Below, one piece after another: positions 1 to 8,967 of a DNA stretch of 21,524 nucleotides (position 1 is its first letter; the number at the start of each line of letters is the position of its first letter). The notes beneath the pieces were generated by a model. That model worked only from the letters and a program-made list of their open reading frames with translations. It had not been told where the DNA came from and made no database searches. The translations under genes were made by a program, and so were the position numbers. The stretch is from a virus (lineage: Duplodnaviria > Heunggongvirae > Uroviricota > Caudoviricetes), in IMG/VR virus record IMGVR_UViG_2663762839_000009, positions 1 through 21,524 of that record. One strand, 5' to 3'.

Positions 1-564
1 CACATTAATTATATTGAAGTAATGTTTTAAGGTTTGTAATGCCCCTGGAACAGTACTAATTTAAAAAATTTCTGCTGGGCAATAGCACAATTGTCACCCG
101 ATATCACTCTTACATTTTTTGCACTTTCTGTGACCTCGACAACTGGCATTTCTAATCAGCAATTGTATTGGTATTTGGCGTATTACCCCTGAAACCACTC
201 ATGCGCTGGTCCCTCACTATTCAATGATAATCAGCGAAAACCAACCACACCAGTGTCCACTGCAACCACTTGCGCTCAGAGCGACAAACGATTGGCTAAA
301 GAGTCGGCGACAGTCGAGTATCATCGAACCAATAGTGGTTGTTTCCGTCATAATTTCATCAGGTTGCTATTTTGTCGCCAGCTGCCTTTATCCCCTCACA
401 TTTATAGTGGGATTATTTTGCATCGTTACACGATAAAAGGTAGGATTCTGCGCCGACAGTTATACCCATAAAGAATAATGGTGAATCTTGTCATCGCCAG
501 GATGAATAAACATTGTTCATGGCGACATAAAAGACTTTTTTCATTAAAGCAATCAGGGAGCGCA

Positions 565-2064
565 ATGAGTAAACACAACACCGACACTTCAGAGCAACAC
601 GCTGCGAAACGCCGCTGGCTTAATGCCCACGAAGAGGGATATCACAAAGCAATGGGCAATCGTCAGGTGCAGATGATCGCCATTGGCGGTGCGATTGGTA
701 CTGGTTTGTTTTTAGGCGCGGGAGCCCGACTGCAAATGGCGGGGCCGGCGCTGGCACTGGTCTATTTAATCTGCGGCCTGTTTTCGTTTTTTATTCTGCG
801 CGCGTTGGGTGAGCTGGTATTGCATCGCCCTTCCAGTGGCAGCTTTGTCTCCTATGCCCGTGAGTTTCTGGGTGAGAAAGCCGCTTATGTTGCCGGTTGG
901 ATGTACTTCATCAACTGGGCGATGACCGGGATTGTTGATATTACCGCCGTCGCTCTGTATATGCATTACTGGGGTGCGTTTGGCGGCGTGCCGCAGTGGG
1001 TCTTTGCGCTCGCTGCACTTACCATCGTTGGCACCATGAATATGATCGGCGTGAAATGGTTCGCCGAGATGGAGTTCTGGTTTGCGCTTATTAAAGTGCT
1101 CGCCATTGTGACCTTTTTGGTCGTGGGTACGGTGTTCCTCGGTAGTGGTCAGCCGCTGGATGGCAACACCACTGGCTTTCATTTAATCACCGATAATGGC
1201 GGCTTCTTCCCCCACGGTTTGCTGCCTGCGCTGGTGTTGATTCAGGGCGTAGTGTTTGCTTTTGCCTCCATTGAAATGGTGGGTACAGCTGCCGGAGAAT
1301 GTAAAGATCCGCAGACCATGGTGCCTAAAGCGATTAACAGTGTGATTTGGCGTATTGGCCTGTTTTACGTCGGCTCCGTGGTGTTGCTGGTTATGTTATT
1401 GCCGTGGAGCGCGTATCAGGCGGGGCAAAGTCCGTTCGTGACGTTTTTCTCTAAACTGGGTGTGCCATATATCGGCAGCATTATGAACATTGTGGTGCTG
1501 ACCGCTGCCCTCTCCAGCCTGAATTCAGGTCTGTACTGCACCGGACGTATTCTGCGCTCAATGGCGATGGGCGGTTCCGCACCGAGTTTTATGGCGAAAA
1601 TGAGTCGTCAGCATGTGCCGTATGCCGGGATTCTGGCGACACTGGTTGTGTATGTCGTCGGCGTATTCCTCAACTATCTGGTGCCGTCGCGCGTATTTGA
1701 GATTGTGTTGAACTTCGCGTCGCTGGGAATCATCGCTTCATGGGCGTTTATCATCGTGTGCCAGATGCGCCTGCGTAAAGCGATTAAAGAAGGCAAAGCA
1801 GCGGATGTCAGTTTTAAACTGCCTGGCGCGCCCTTCACTTCCTGGCTGACATTACTGTTTTTACTGAGTGTCCTTGTGCTGATGGCGTTCGATTACCCGA
1901 ACGGGACTTATACTATCGCGGCGCTGCCGATTATCGGTATTCTGCTGGTTATAGGCTGGTTTGGTGTGCGCAAACGCGTTGCTGAAATTCACAGCACTGC
2001 GCCCGTAGTCGAAGTAGATAAAGAAAAACAGGATATTGCATTTAAGCCTGAAACGGCGAGTTAA
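565..2064 (+). CDS. ansP: L-asparagine permease (APC-family amino acid transporter)
   Basis: Long ORF 478..2064; the translation from the internal ATG at 565 (MSKHNTDTSEQHAAKRRWLNAHEEGYHKAMGNRQVQMIAIGGAIGTG...) is recognised as AnsP. AGGGAG Shine-Dalgarno about 8 nt upstream of 565. Multi-pass hydrophobic transporter profile. The upstream 29 codons of the ORF are probably not translated. Confidence 0.85.
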   Translation: MSKHNTDTSEQHAAKRRWLNAHEEGYHKAMGNRQVQMIAIGGAIGTGLFLGAGARLQMAGPALALVYLICGLFSFFILRALGELVLHRPSSGSFVSYAREFLGEKAAYVAGWMYFINWAMTGIVDITAVALYMHYWGAFGGVPQWVFALAALTIVGTMNMIGVKWFAEMEFWFALIKVLAIVTFLVVGTVFLGSGQPLDGNTTGFHLITDNGGFFPHGLLPALVLIQGVVFAFASIEMVGTAAGECKDPQTMVPKAINSVIWRIGLFYVGSVVLLVMLLPWSAYQAGQSPFVTFFSKLGVPYIGSIMNIVVLTAALSSLNSGLYCTGRILRSMAMGGSAPSFMAKMSRQHVPYAGILATLVVYVVGVFLNYLVPSRVFEIVLNFASLGIIASWAFIIVCQMRLRKAIKEGKAADVSFKLPGAPFTSWLTLLFLLSVLVLMAFDYPNGTYTIAALPIIGILLVIGWFGVRKRVAEIHSTAPVVEVDKEKQDIAFKPETAS

Positions 2065-2072
2065 TTGCAAAA

Positions 2073-2095
2073 TTGCCCGGCTACGAGCCGGGCAA
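2073..2095. terminator. Hairpin between convergent ansP and yncE (candidate bidirectional terminator)
   Basis: TTGCCCGGC-tacga-GCCGGGCAA perfect 9-bp stem a few nt after the ansP stop; only short T/A runs flank it. Confidence 0.45.
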
Positions 2096-2127
2096 ATTCA
2101 TATTGCTGACGAGGTGCTCTTTGTTCG

Positions 2128-2161
2128 TGCCGGATGCGGCGCAAGCGCCTTATCTGGCCTA
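2128..2161. repeat. REP (repetitive extragenic palindromic) element
   Basis: GCCGGATGCGGCGCAAGCGCCTTATCTGGCCTAC matches the classic enterobacterial REP consensus (GCCGGATGCGGCG...CGCCTTATCCGGCCTAC), in the intergenic space between convergent genes. Confidence 0.75.
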
Positions 2162-2186
2162 CGAAAGACAAACTCCCCCATGTCTA

Positions 2187-2655
2187 TTACAGCGCTATAC
2201 GAATCACATCGTCTGGCTGGGTAGCTTCCTGCTGTTTAGTGGATTTTTGTTTCACACTGACATACAGCGTTTTACCATCGGCAGAAAGAGCCAGACTGTT
2301 CGGATGAGTCGGCGTATCGAACGTTTTCACCACTTTATAGCTTTTCGCGTCAATCACACTGACTTTACCTGCCTGACGATGCGTCACGTAGGCTTCATTA
2401 CGCGCGGGGTTAAACAGCACAGCCAGTGATTCCGGTGCCGCAACCTTCGCCAGAATATTGCCATTACGGGTATCGACCACTAACACTTCTGCCGCTTTAG
2501 AATCGGTGATAAATGCACGCTGCCTGGCGGTATCAAGGCTGATGTTGATAAAGAAGTGCTCTTTGCCGTCATCCAGCAGCTTTTTACGACTGAGGATTTT
2601 ATTGTCGGCGGTGTCGATGGTAATCAATTCGCCGTCAGCGTTAGTGGTGTAACTA
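2187..2655 (-). pseudogene. yncE: yncE 3' fragment (PQQ-like beta-propeller protein), 5' part replaced by prophage DNA
   Basis: Minus-strand ORF 2187..2687; from about residue 13 onward (YTTNADGELITIDTADNKILSRKKLLDDGKEHFF...DDVIRIAL) it reads as the C-terminal half of YncE. The first ~12 codons are antisense to a tail-fibre-assembly fragment, so the gene is 5'-truncated at about 2650-2665. Confidence 0.7.
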
Positions 2656-2662
2656 CGCAAGA

Positions 2663-2878
2663 AAACTGGAAGCAATGCGCCAGTCATATCTTAATCAGGC
2701 ATATGAAAAAATTAATGACTGGAGAACGGAGCTACAACTGGGCACCATCAGCGATGAAGACAGAGCAGCACTTACCCAATGGATGGCATACATCAGTCAG
2801 GTGAAGAAAATGGAACTACCCGCCATTAAAACAGAAGCTGAATTTAACGCCATTAAATGGCCTGAGCAGCCACAGTAA
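2663..2878 (+). pseudogene. Tail fibre assembly protein (Tfa/U-type), C-terminal fragment, inverted relative to the tail fibre gene
   Basis: Frame is open from the TAG at 2642-2644; the translation ...SDEDRAALTQWMAYISQVKKMELPAIKTEAEFNAIKWPEQPQ has the typical Tfa C-terminus (acidic-Ala-Leu, W/Y-rich, terminal WPxxP). There is no N-terminal portion; the fragment abuts yncE. Confidence 0.5.
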
Positions 2879-2881
2879 TAA

Positions 2882-2901
2882 AGAAGGCCGGAAGGCCTTC
2901 T
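2882..2901. terminator. Hairpin between convergent tail fibre gene and Tfa fragment
   Basis: AGAAGGCC-ggaa-GGCCTTCT perfect 8-bp stem, 3 nt after the Tfa stop and 8 nt after the tail fibre stop; AT-rich flanks. Confidence 0.5.
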
Positions 2902-2909
2902 GAATATCA

Positions 2910-3791
2910 TTATATACTTGCAGCCGTCACCCATGCTCCATTTAACAGATACTGCAACGGCCGGTAATACACGCCGCCGACGTTATCTGCCGTATTCTTA
3001 CCGACATCCTGTACTTTAATTCCGGTAAGAACATTGCCGCCCCCCAGATTCAGATCCCAGCTTTCCCATGTTCCGGGCATATGTGCGGTCACCGACCCCA
3101 GTCTTATGGCGGTTACTGTTCCTGATGAGATAGTGATATCCTGCGTCCCGTCAAAGGGAACACCATTAATTGTGTGGGCATTTGCCAGCCTGTTCGCGGC
3201 AACGGCGGTGCCGTCCGATGGCAGGGCATTCGCCGCCCTGTTTACCGTTTCCCGTAAACCGACGTTATCGATAAAAGCCCCTTTATCCGGAATGTCTGCG
3301 CCGTTCTGCTCCCTGCGCAGGTAACGGTTATCACCTTCGCTTTTGCTGTAAACATCCAGATTATTACGGGCGGTTCCCTTATTCTCCAGGTCGGCGAGAT
3401 TCTGATCCTTCGCCAGGGCATTAACGTCAGCGGGACCAAGACTGTTTTTTGTGGCAAGCGTCCCCAGACCAAGATAACCACGGGCCAGACGCTGGGCCTC
3501 CGCACCGGCATCAGCAATTTCTTTCAGGTTATTTTTCCGGGAAAAGGCATTCGCAGCGATAATGGCTTTAATGGACAGCGTAAGCTGGTTTAACTGCGCC
3601 TTATCCGGCTGAATACTGGCTTCAGCCAGAATATTCAGCAGTTCGGCCTGGAGAATATTCAGCCAGTCCTGACCAATCCAGCTGATACCTTTTTGTCCGT
3701 CACCTTCGGTAAACCAGGTGGTGGTATTACTCTGCGCCGGTGCCAGCGCAGGCATATTCGCCACGCCGGAATTATTATCAACATGAAACAT
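2910..3791 (-). CDS. Phage tail fibre protein
   Basis: 293-aa ORF. C-terminal region contains a phage tail-fibre repeat-like motif ([20 protein letters not shown]). ATG overlaps the stop of the upstream baseplate-gene fragment (TAATG), as for baseplate/tail-fibre coupling in Mu-like phages. Confidence 0.7.
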   Translation of the reverse strand: MFHVDNNSGVANMPALAPAQSNTTTWFTEGDGQKGISWIGQDWLNILQAELLNILAEASIQPDKAQLNQLTLSIKAIIAANAFSRKNNLKEIADAGAEAQRLARGYLGLGTLATKNSLGPADVNALAKDQNLADLENKGTARNNLDVYSKSEGDNRYLRREQNGADIPDKGAFIDNVGLRETVNRAANALPSDGTAVAANRLANAHTINGVPFDGTQDITISSGTVTAIRLGSVTAHMPGTWESWDLNLGGGNVLTGIKVQDVGKNTADNVGGVYYRPLQYLLNGAWVTAASI

Positions 3792-4276
3792 TAAATAGTC
3801 TCCTCTTCATGGCTGTTTGCATAAACGTAAATAAACGTCTGCCATGCAGGCTTATAACGGTTCAGAATACATTCCAGCGCACCGCCTTCATAAATACGCA
3901 GCGGCGTGAGAATATCATCCAGCACATTCATATTCCGGTAGCCGGTTTCACTGTTAATCGTGACAATACTGACCCACTGCGAATCCGGTGAGGGCTGAAT
4001 GTCAATCTGATAACCAAACTCCGCCGCAAACCGGATATAAAATTCACGGTTCAGCGAGGGCTTCATCCGGTATTTATTTCCGGCATAACGCTGTCGCTCC
4101 GTGAGGGTGGCTCCGGCCATATCACACTCGGGAAGCCCGAGATAACGCTCCCAGTCTTCCAGCAGCAGGCGCGACGTGTCAGGGAAACGCTCGGCAAGCA
4201 GCTGTTTACCCGTCCAGGATAAGCATTCACAATCACATCCAGTTTGTCGGGCTGACGTTTCAGACTGTACGGTGCA
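3791..4276 (-). pseudogene. Mu gp48/YmfQ-like baseplate protein, 5'-truncated
   Basis: Frame is open from the stop at 4277-4279 to 3791 and reads ...LLAERFPDTSRLLLEDWERYLGLPECDMAGATLTERQRYAGNKYRMKPSLNREFYIRFAAEFGY..., but there is no ATG/GTG/TTG before the ATG at 4120, which lies downstream of the conserved LEDWERYLGLP motif. Family assignment is from recalled motif similarity, not a search. Confidence 0.5.
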
Positions 4277-5472
4277 TTAACGGCAATCTGCACACTGCCA
4301 TCCTTATTTTCCACGATATACATCAGATTTTTGTGCCGTTTGTCCCACAGCACCGCTTTTGGCTTTGCCAGCATTGCCGGTAAGCGCCCGAAGTCCTCTG
4401 GCATCAGGGCGATGCCGTCATTCTGATGTTTCACACTGTCTGCATGGAGCACATTTTTACCGCTCATCGCCAGCAGGCGGGCCGGTGGCGTTCCCGTCCG
4501 GCTTTCCACTGCCTGCGCAATGCTTTCAGTCATAAAGCCCAGCGTGCGGATATCGTTACCACCTCGCCGGGTCTGCATGATGTTTTTTGCCCAGATGCGG
4601 AACGCCAGCTGCCGCTCCGGGCTGTTGTTCATCTCCTGAACCACCATTTCCCGTAACGCCGGGCTTTTCACCTCGATCAGTTTGCGGATCAGCGCCTGGT
4701 CTGTGCCGAACGCTGCCGAGCCGGGGTTATATGACCAGCCCACATCCGGTGTCATGGTTCTGGTGCCATCTGAATATGTGGTCACCGGCATTTCTCTGAC
4801 TTCTCCGGTCTGTTTATCCACGCCAGCCTCAACATTGCGGGTGGAGAGATGATCCTCACCGGATGAAACGGATAACCCCATTGCATCCAGACGAGCCTGA
4901 GACAATGGCCGCACACGGCAGCGGCAGTTCCAGCCATTAGGTGGGTAGTGTGTTTTCCAGAACGGATCGTCATAGCGGAATACCAGACCGTTAAGGGCGG
5001 AATGCGACGGGCGGGTACGGCTGTCCATGACCGCCACATACTGCCAGAACGGATGCGTGTCCGTGTTGTTCATCATCTGCGTGTAACGCCCGGCATTGTA
5101 AGCCACCCGGGTGTTCACGTTGTAAATCAGCGCCAGACGACGGGGACTGCCCAGTTGCACTTCTTCCGCGTTACCGTCGCTGTCCACCACAATCTGCTTT
5201 CCCCACCATCCCAGCTTTTGCAGGCGTGGCGTCAGCGTGCGGATAAATGCTTTCTGTGAAATTCCCTCATCAATGGCCCGCTGCACTTCGGCCTGTAACG
5301 TGGTCACCACATCCAGGCGTGCCGCTTTTGCTGCCGTGAATGAGCGGGCATGAACATCCGCGGCTGTTTCGAACCAGTTCCAGCTGATATGCGCCCCTTT
5401 GACACGGAAGTATGCTACCGCCTCTTTTGAGGGAAGCGTGGCGGCATAACCTAAATCAATCCCCTGTGTCAT
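4063..5472 (-). CDS. Mu F (gp30)-like head morphogenesis protein; last ~50 codons read out of frame through the baseplate-gene fragment
   Basis: 469-aa ORF. Contains the Mu F / SPP1 gp7-type motif (...VAVMDSRTRPSHSALNGLVFRYDDPFWKTHYPPNGWNCRCRVRPL...). After ...KLDVIVNAYPG the translation becomes low-complexity (RVNSCLPSVSLTRRACCWKTGSVISGFP...) while the other frame encodes the baseplate protein. Confidence 0.8.
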   Translation of the reverse strand: MTQGIDLGYAATLPSKEAVAYFRVKGAHISWNWFETAADVHARSFTAAKAARLDVVTTLQAEVQRAIDEGISQKAFIRTLTPRLQKLGWWGKQIVVDSDGNAEEVQLGSPRRLALIYNVNTRVAYNAGRYTQMMNNTDTHPFWQYVAVMDSRTRPSHSALNGLVFRYDDPFWKTHYPPNGWNCRCRVRPLSQARLDAMGLSVSSGEDHLSTRNVEAGVDKQTGEVREMPVTTYSDGTRTMTPDVGWSYNPGSAAFGTDQALIRKLIEVKSPALREMVVQEMNNSPERQLAFRIWAKNIMQTRRGGNDIRTLGFMTESIAQAVESRTGTPPARLLAMSGKNVLHADSVKHQNDGIALMPEDFGRLPAMLAKPKAVLWDKRHKNLMYIVENKDGSVQIAVNAPYSLKRQPDKLDVIVNAYPGRVNSCLPSVSLTRRACCWKTGSVISGFPSVIWPEPPSRSDSVMPEINTG

Positions 5473-7045
5473 CCAGCATCCCCTTCATTTCCGCAGCAAA
5501 CATGGCATCACTGAGCAGCGTCATCAGGCGGGAATCATCCATTTCACGATAAAGGGCAGGCAGGTCTGCCAGCGCATCCGCCAGCCCCCGCGTTCTGATG
5601 GCATCAATGACCGGCTCCAGTACCGGGTCGATGGCCTCCTGTAAGCGGCGGGCAGGCACCGCGTCCCCCATATCATCCAGTTCATCACGCGGCGTGCTTT
5701 TCGCTTCCGGCAGTCTGGCTGACAGCGCCGTCTGCTCTGTTTTTTCCTGTTTTTCCGGTGGTGTTTCCCTGTCGGTCTGAGCCGGTTCATTGCCACTCTG
5801 ACGGACACGGAATATGGCTTCACCGGGCGTGGGCTGCGGAATACCGGTCTGCTCACGTATCCAGGGATCAGAAATATCCATCCCCGTACTGAGCTGCATC
5901 ACCGCACTGGTGATTTTGGTGATATCACCTGGTTCTTTTGTCTGGAAGCAGATACGTGGCAGACGGCGGATATCAATAGTGTGCGTGGTGTTCAGGGCGT
6001 ACAGCGGATACACCAGATCGCGGTTCAGGGTTGCAGCCAGCTGTCGTAAATCAGAATCCCTGATTTCCCGGCGCACCTCGTTATGTACCTCACCCAGTGA
6101 GCGCGCGCCTTTGTCTCCGGCTTCCGTGGTCAGCGTGCCGCCGAGTATTGCTTTGGAGATGGAACGCTCCCCCCACGAAATCATGGTTTCAAACGGATCG
6201 GCCTGACCGTTCGCTGCCGCCTGAAACTCCAGCGACATCCCGGCCGGGATGATCCCGCCTGTACGTCGCCCGATATCCATCACCGCCCGCATCAGGGCAC
6301 TTTTCTGCTCCGGTGTTGCCCCGGACGGGTATTTCCCGACCTTCATCGGCAGGCCGTACACCTCCAGAAATTCCGCCAGATCGCGCACGGAATAGTTTTT
6401 GAAAATGAACGGCCAGATAAGCGTCCGGACAAGCCCGGTTGCACCACCGTAACCGGTGCGTGAACGCGACTGATGCACTATCCAGCCAAAGGGCTGAAAC
6501 GCCACCCCGGAATGGCTGCCGTCACGCAGCCGCAGTTCGCTCAAATCATCCGGGTTAAGGCAGAAATGCCCGCTGTCACGCCAGCGGATGGCGCGGATGA
6601 TGTGCATTTTACCGAGCATCCCGTGCTCAATTTCCATGCAGGAATAGCCCTTCAGGATGGCATCCGTGGCGTCAAACAGCATGGCATCAAACCAGTCTGC
6701 GGAATGCAGATATTCGTCGAGCATTTCCGCGTCCTTTTTCTCATTCGCGCTGGCGTTCGGTGGCGGCTCAATACTCCATGGCCCCCCCTGAATGGCAAGA
6801 CGTCGCTTGCCCAGCTCCGCAAAAAGGTGGGTGTCCTTTTCTTCAATATCAGCGGCCAGATCGGACTGGGCAATCAGATCGCCACGTTCAGCCCCGCGAA
6901 GGCACTGCGCCGCCCGGTTCGGGGTGATACCCGAAGCCGGATGTTCAATATAACGGCTGGCAATCTGCGGAATATCCAGCGCGGCACTCTGCATCTCCGG
7001 GTCAAAGGAGAAAGGTTTTCCGTCAGTATCAATGATGCGTCCCAC
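5456..7045 (-). CDS. Portal protein (Mu gp29-like)
   Basis: 529-aa ORF directly downstream of and overlapping the large terminase gene by 1 nt, followed by the F-like gene: the conserved terminase-portal-F order of Mu-like phages. Confidence 0.8.
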   Translation of the reverse strand: MGRIIDTDGKPFSFDPEMQSAALDIPQIASRYIEHPASGITPNRAAQCLRGAERGDLIAQSDLAADIEEKDTHLFAELGKRRLAIQGGPWSIEPPPNASANEKKDAEMLDEYLHSADWFDAMLFDATDAILKGYSCMEIEHGMLGKMHIIRAIRWRDSGHFCLNPDDLSELRLRDGSHSGVAFQPFGWIVHQSRSRTGYGGATGLVRTLIWPFIFKNYSVRDLAEFLEVYGLPMKVGKYPSGATPEQKSALMRAVMDIGRRTGGIIPAGMSLEFQAAANGQADPFETMISWGERSISKAILGGTLTTEAGDKGARSLGEVHNEVRREIRDSDLRQLAATLNRDLVYPLYALNTTHTIDIRRLPRICFQTKEPGDITKITSAVMQLSTGMDISDPWIREQTGIPQPTPGEAIFRVRQSGNEPAQTDRETPPEKQEKTEQTALSARLPEAKSTPRDELDDMGDAVPARRLQEAIDPVLEPVIDAIRTRGLADALADLPALYREMDDSRLMTLLSDAMFAAEMKGMLDDTGD

Positions 7046-8709
7046 TACCAGCCCCCCCGATCAAATTCATGATATGCCTCATCGTCATCACGATAACCGC
7101 CCTCCATTGCCCGCGACCGCTCCGGTAGCGCCTGACAGGCTGATTCATCCAGGATGAAGCCCTCCATGTATGACGCCCGGTTTGCCATACAGAGCGCCAC
7201 GGCAAAATCACCATGGCGGCGGGCGTTCGCAGCCGTTGCGTTCTGGTCCTTCGTGCGCCCCTTGTCGATTTGCGGGATACCATTCACTACCTTCACATGG
7301 CGCAAATCATCAAGCGTGGTCTGATGGCGGGCGACGAGGATATTCTGATCTTCAAACTCGGCTTTCAGTTTTGGCATCCACTCGCCGTACCACTTCGGCG
7401 ACAACATCACGCAGTCGATGATGTCCGGGCCAAAGGCCAGCAGTGCGGCCTCTGCCAGATAGCCGCCGTTACCGGTGGCGTCGAACGCCGCACCGACCAG
7501 CGCCGGAACGCGGGTCAGGATGTACATCATCACCTGTTCCTGCTGGGCATACGGCAGGTTGCGCAGCTCCACGCGAAACACCTCGCGCTTTGCCAGGGAT
7601 TCGGTGATTTCCAGCAGCACAAAGCAGGACAGGTCACCGGTGCGGGCAAAGTCTTCCCCGAAGCTGAAGCGGGAACGGGGATTTAATTTCTCTAAAAGCG
7701 GTTTTAAATGTTCTTCACACCAGGTTAAAACTTCCGATTCACGCAGCCATGCGGCACGGCTGATGAAGTTGTCCGGGGCTTCAAACGTCAGAATCGGGAT
7801 GTCGCGGATCATCGCCATTTCAATAAGCGCGTGGGGGATATAGGCACCGCCGGATTTTTTCGGGATACAGCCGTATTCCTCGTCGGCATCCTCACGGGTC
7901 GGGGCATTTTTGTAGAGATCATCACGCCATTTCTGCTCGCTTTCCGGTGACCATTCCTGATCGGTGACGTAACAGATACGACGGTACAGCCCGTCCGCAA
8001 TGGCATCATCCAGGGTTATGCGGTGGACGCTGTAATCCTTGCGCCCCTCGCGGGCTTCCTGAATGTACTGATTAAACAGATTATCGACGCCGTTATGCGT
8101 GGAGATAATACGCACGCGCGCGCCCCACATAGTGAGCGCCATTGCCGCCTTGAGAAGTTCATCCAGCGACTCGTGGAACGCGGCTTCATCAATCACCACA
8201 TCCCCCTGAAGGCCGCGCAGGTTTGACGGACGGGAAGACAATGCCTGAATTTTGAATCCACTGTACGGAAAGCGGATCATGTAGGTCAAAATTTCTTCTT
8301 TTTTATCCCGTTCCCAGAATGTCTGCTCATACACATCAGCATCTGCCAGCTGGTTAAAGGCACGGGAGAACAGCGCGCAGGCAGAAATATATTCCAGCGC
8401 CATCTCCTGCTTTGATCCCACATAAAACACATTGCGGCCACCACGACGCTTCGGTTTTGCAGCAGTAATGACGTTACGCCCGGCTTCCGCCCAGGTAAGA
8501 CCGGTGCGGCGGGATTTTTCCGCAATGCAGACCTGACTTTCATCCTCAAACCAGCGGGCCTGATAATCCAGAAACACCGGCATATCACCGGGCAAATCAA
8601 GTCTGTCCGGCACATCCACGCCCAGCAGGGCTTTTTCACCGGACAGATCAATTTTGCGGGGAGGCGTCATTTGTATCAGTGAAGGAGACGTTTCTTTGGC
8701 TTTGTTCAT
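7045..8709 (-). CDS. Terminase large subunit (Mu gp28-like)
   Basis: 554-aa ORF with an ATPase-like N-terminal part and nuclease-like C-terminal part; sits between the gp27-like gene and the portal gene. Confidence 0.8.
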   Translation of the reverse strand: MNKAKETSPSLIQMTPPRKIDLSGEKALLGVDVPDRLDLPGDMPVFLDYQARWFEDESQVCIAEKSRRTGLTWAEAGRNVITAAKPKRRGGRNVFYVGSKQEMALEYISACALFSRAFNQLADADVYEQTFWERDKKEEILTYMIRFPYSGFKIQALSSRPSNLRGLQGDVVIDEAAFHESLDELLKAAMALTMWGARVRIISTHNGVDNLFNQYIQEAREGRKDYSVHRITLDDAIADGLYRRICYVTDQEWSPESEQKWRDDLYKNAPTREDADEEYGCIPKKSGGAYIPHALIEMAMIRDIPILTFEAPDNFISRAAWLRESEVLTWCEEHLKPLLEKLNPRSRFSFGEDFARTGDLSCFVLLEITESLAKREVFRVELRNLPYAQQEQVMMYILTRVPALVGAAFDATGNGGYLAEAALLAFGPDIIDCVMLSPKWYGEWMPKLKAEFEDQNILVARHQTTLDDLRHVKVVNGIPQIDKGRTKDQNATAANARRHGDFAVALCMANRASYMEGFILDESACQALPERSRAMEGGYRDDDEAYHEFDRGGW

Positions 8710-8957
8710 CAGGCTTTACCTGTCAGAATGCTTTTGATTCGGAACTCAAGCTCTTCAGTCATCACGTCCACGCCACTCAACTCATCAGTGACAGCCTCTG
8801 CCAGCAGCGAATGCAGTTGTTCCAGGGATATTTCCCCGGCAATGCTGAGTTCAGTCAACTCACGACACGCTTTTATGGTTTCAGGAGGTAACTGTGTTGC
8901 AAGACTGAATGCCTTCTGATGAGCACTACTCATCAGTGAGCGGTTATCTGTTACCAC
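8709..8957 (-). CDS. Small protein (82 aa) whose C-terminus copies the C-terminal tail of the adjacent gp27-like protein
   Basis: GTG start at 8957 preceded by AGGAGGTG. C-terminus ...LLAEAVTDELSGVDVMTEELEFRIKSILTGKA parallels ...EEMANAVTDELRGVDGMSEQIEFRIRQMLLGKA of ORF 8968..9549. Stop overlaps the terminase start. Confidence 0.5.
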   Translation of the reverse strand: MVTDNRSLMSSAHQKAFSLATQLPPETIKACRELTELSIAGEISLEQLHSLLAEAVTDELSGVDVMTEELEFRIKSILTGKA

Positions 8958-8967
8958 GATTCACCTC

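Noticed and set aside
224-471. Two short overlapping plus-strand ORFs (224..436, 253..471) upstream of ansP
   Set aside because: No ribosome-binding site seen, overlapping frames and low-complexity translations; more likely the ansP promoter/leader region than genes.
478-564. N-terminal extension of the ansP ORF (MVNLVIARMNKHCSWRHKRLFSLKQSGSA)
   Set aside because: The AnsP sequence begins at the ATG at 565, which has a good Shine-Dalgarno; the upstream in-frame codons are probably untranslated leader.
766-1182. 138-aa minus-strand ORF inside ansP
   Set aside because: Antisense to a recognised transporter gene; typical spurious antisense ORF.
4063-4212. Possibility that the C-terminal ~50 residues of the F-like ORF are a genuine domain
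   Set aside because: The alternate frame over the same DNA encodes a recognisable baseplate-protein segment, and the F-frame translation there is Cys/Ser/Pro-rich junk, so an out-of-frame read-through is the better explanation.
5524-7686. Several ORFs antisense to or frame-shifted within the portal and terminase genes (5524..5856, 5814..6206, 6473..7072, 7213..7686 and others)
   Set aside because: Embedded within or antisense to confidently assigned long genes; Arg/Ser-rich low-complexity translations typical of GC-rich alternate frames.
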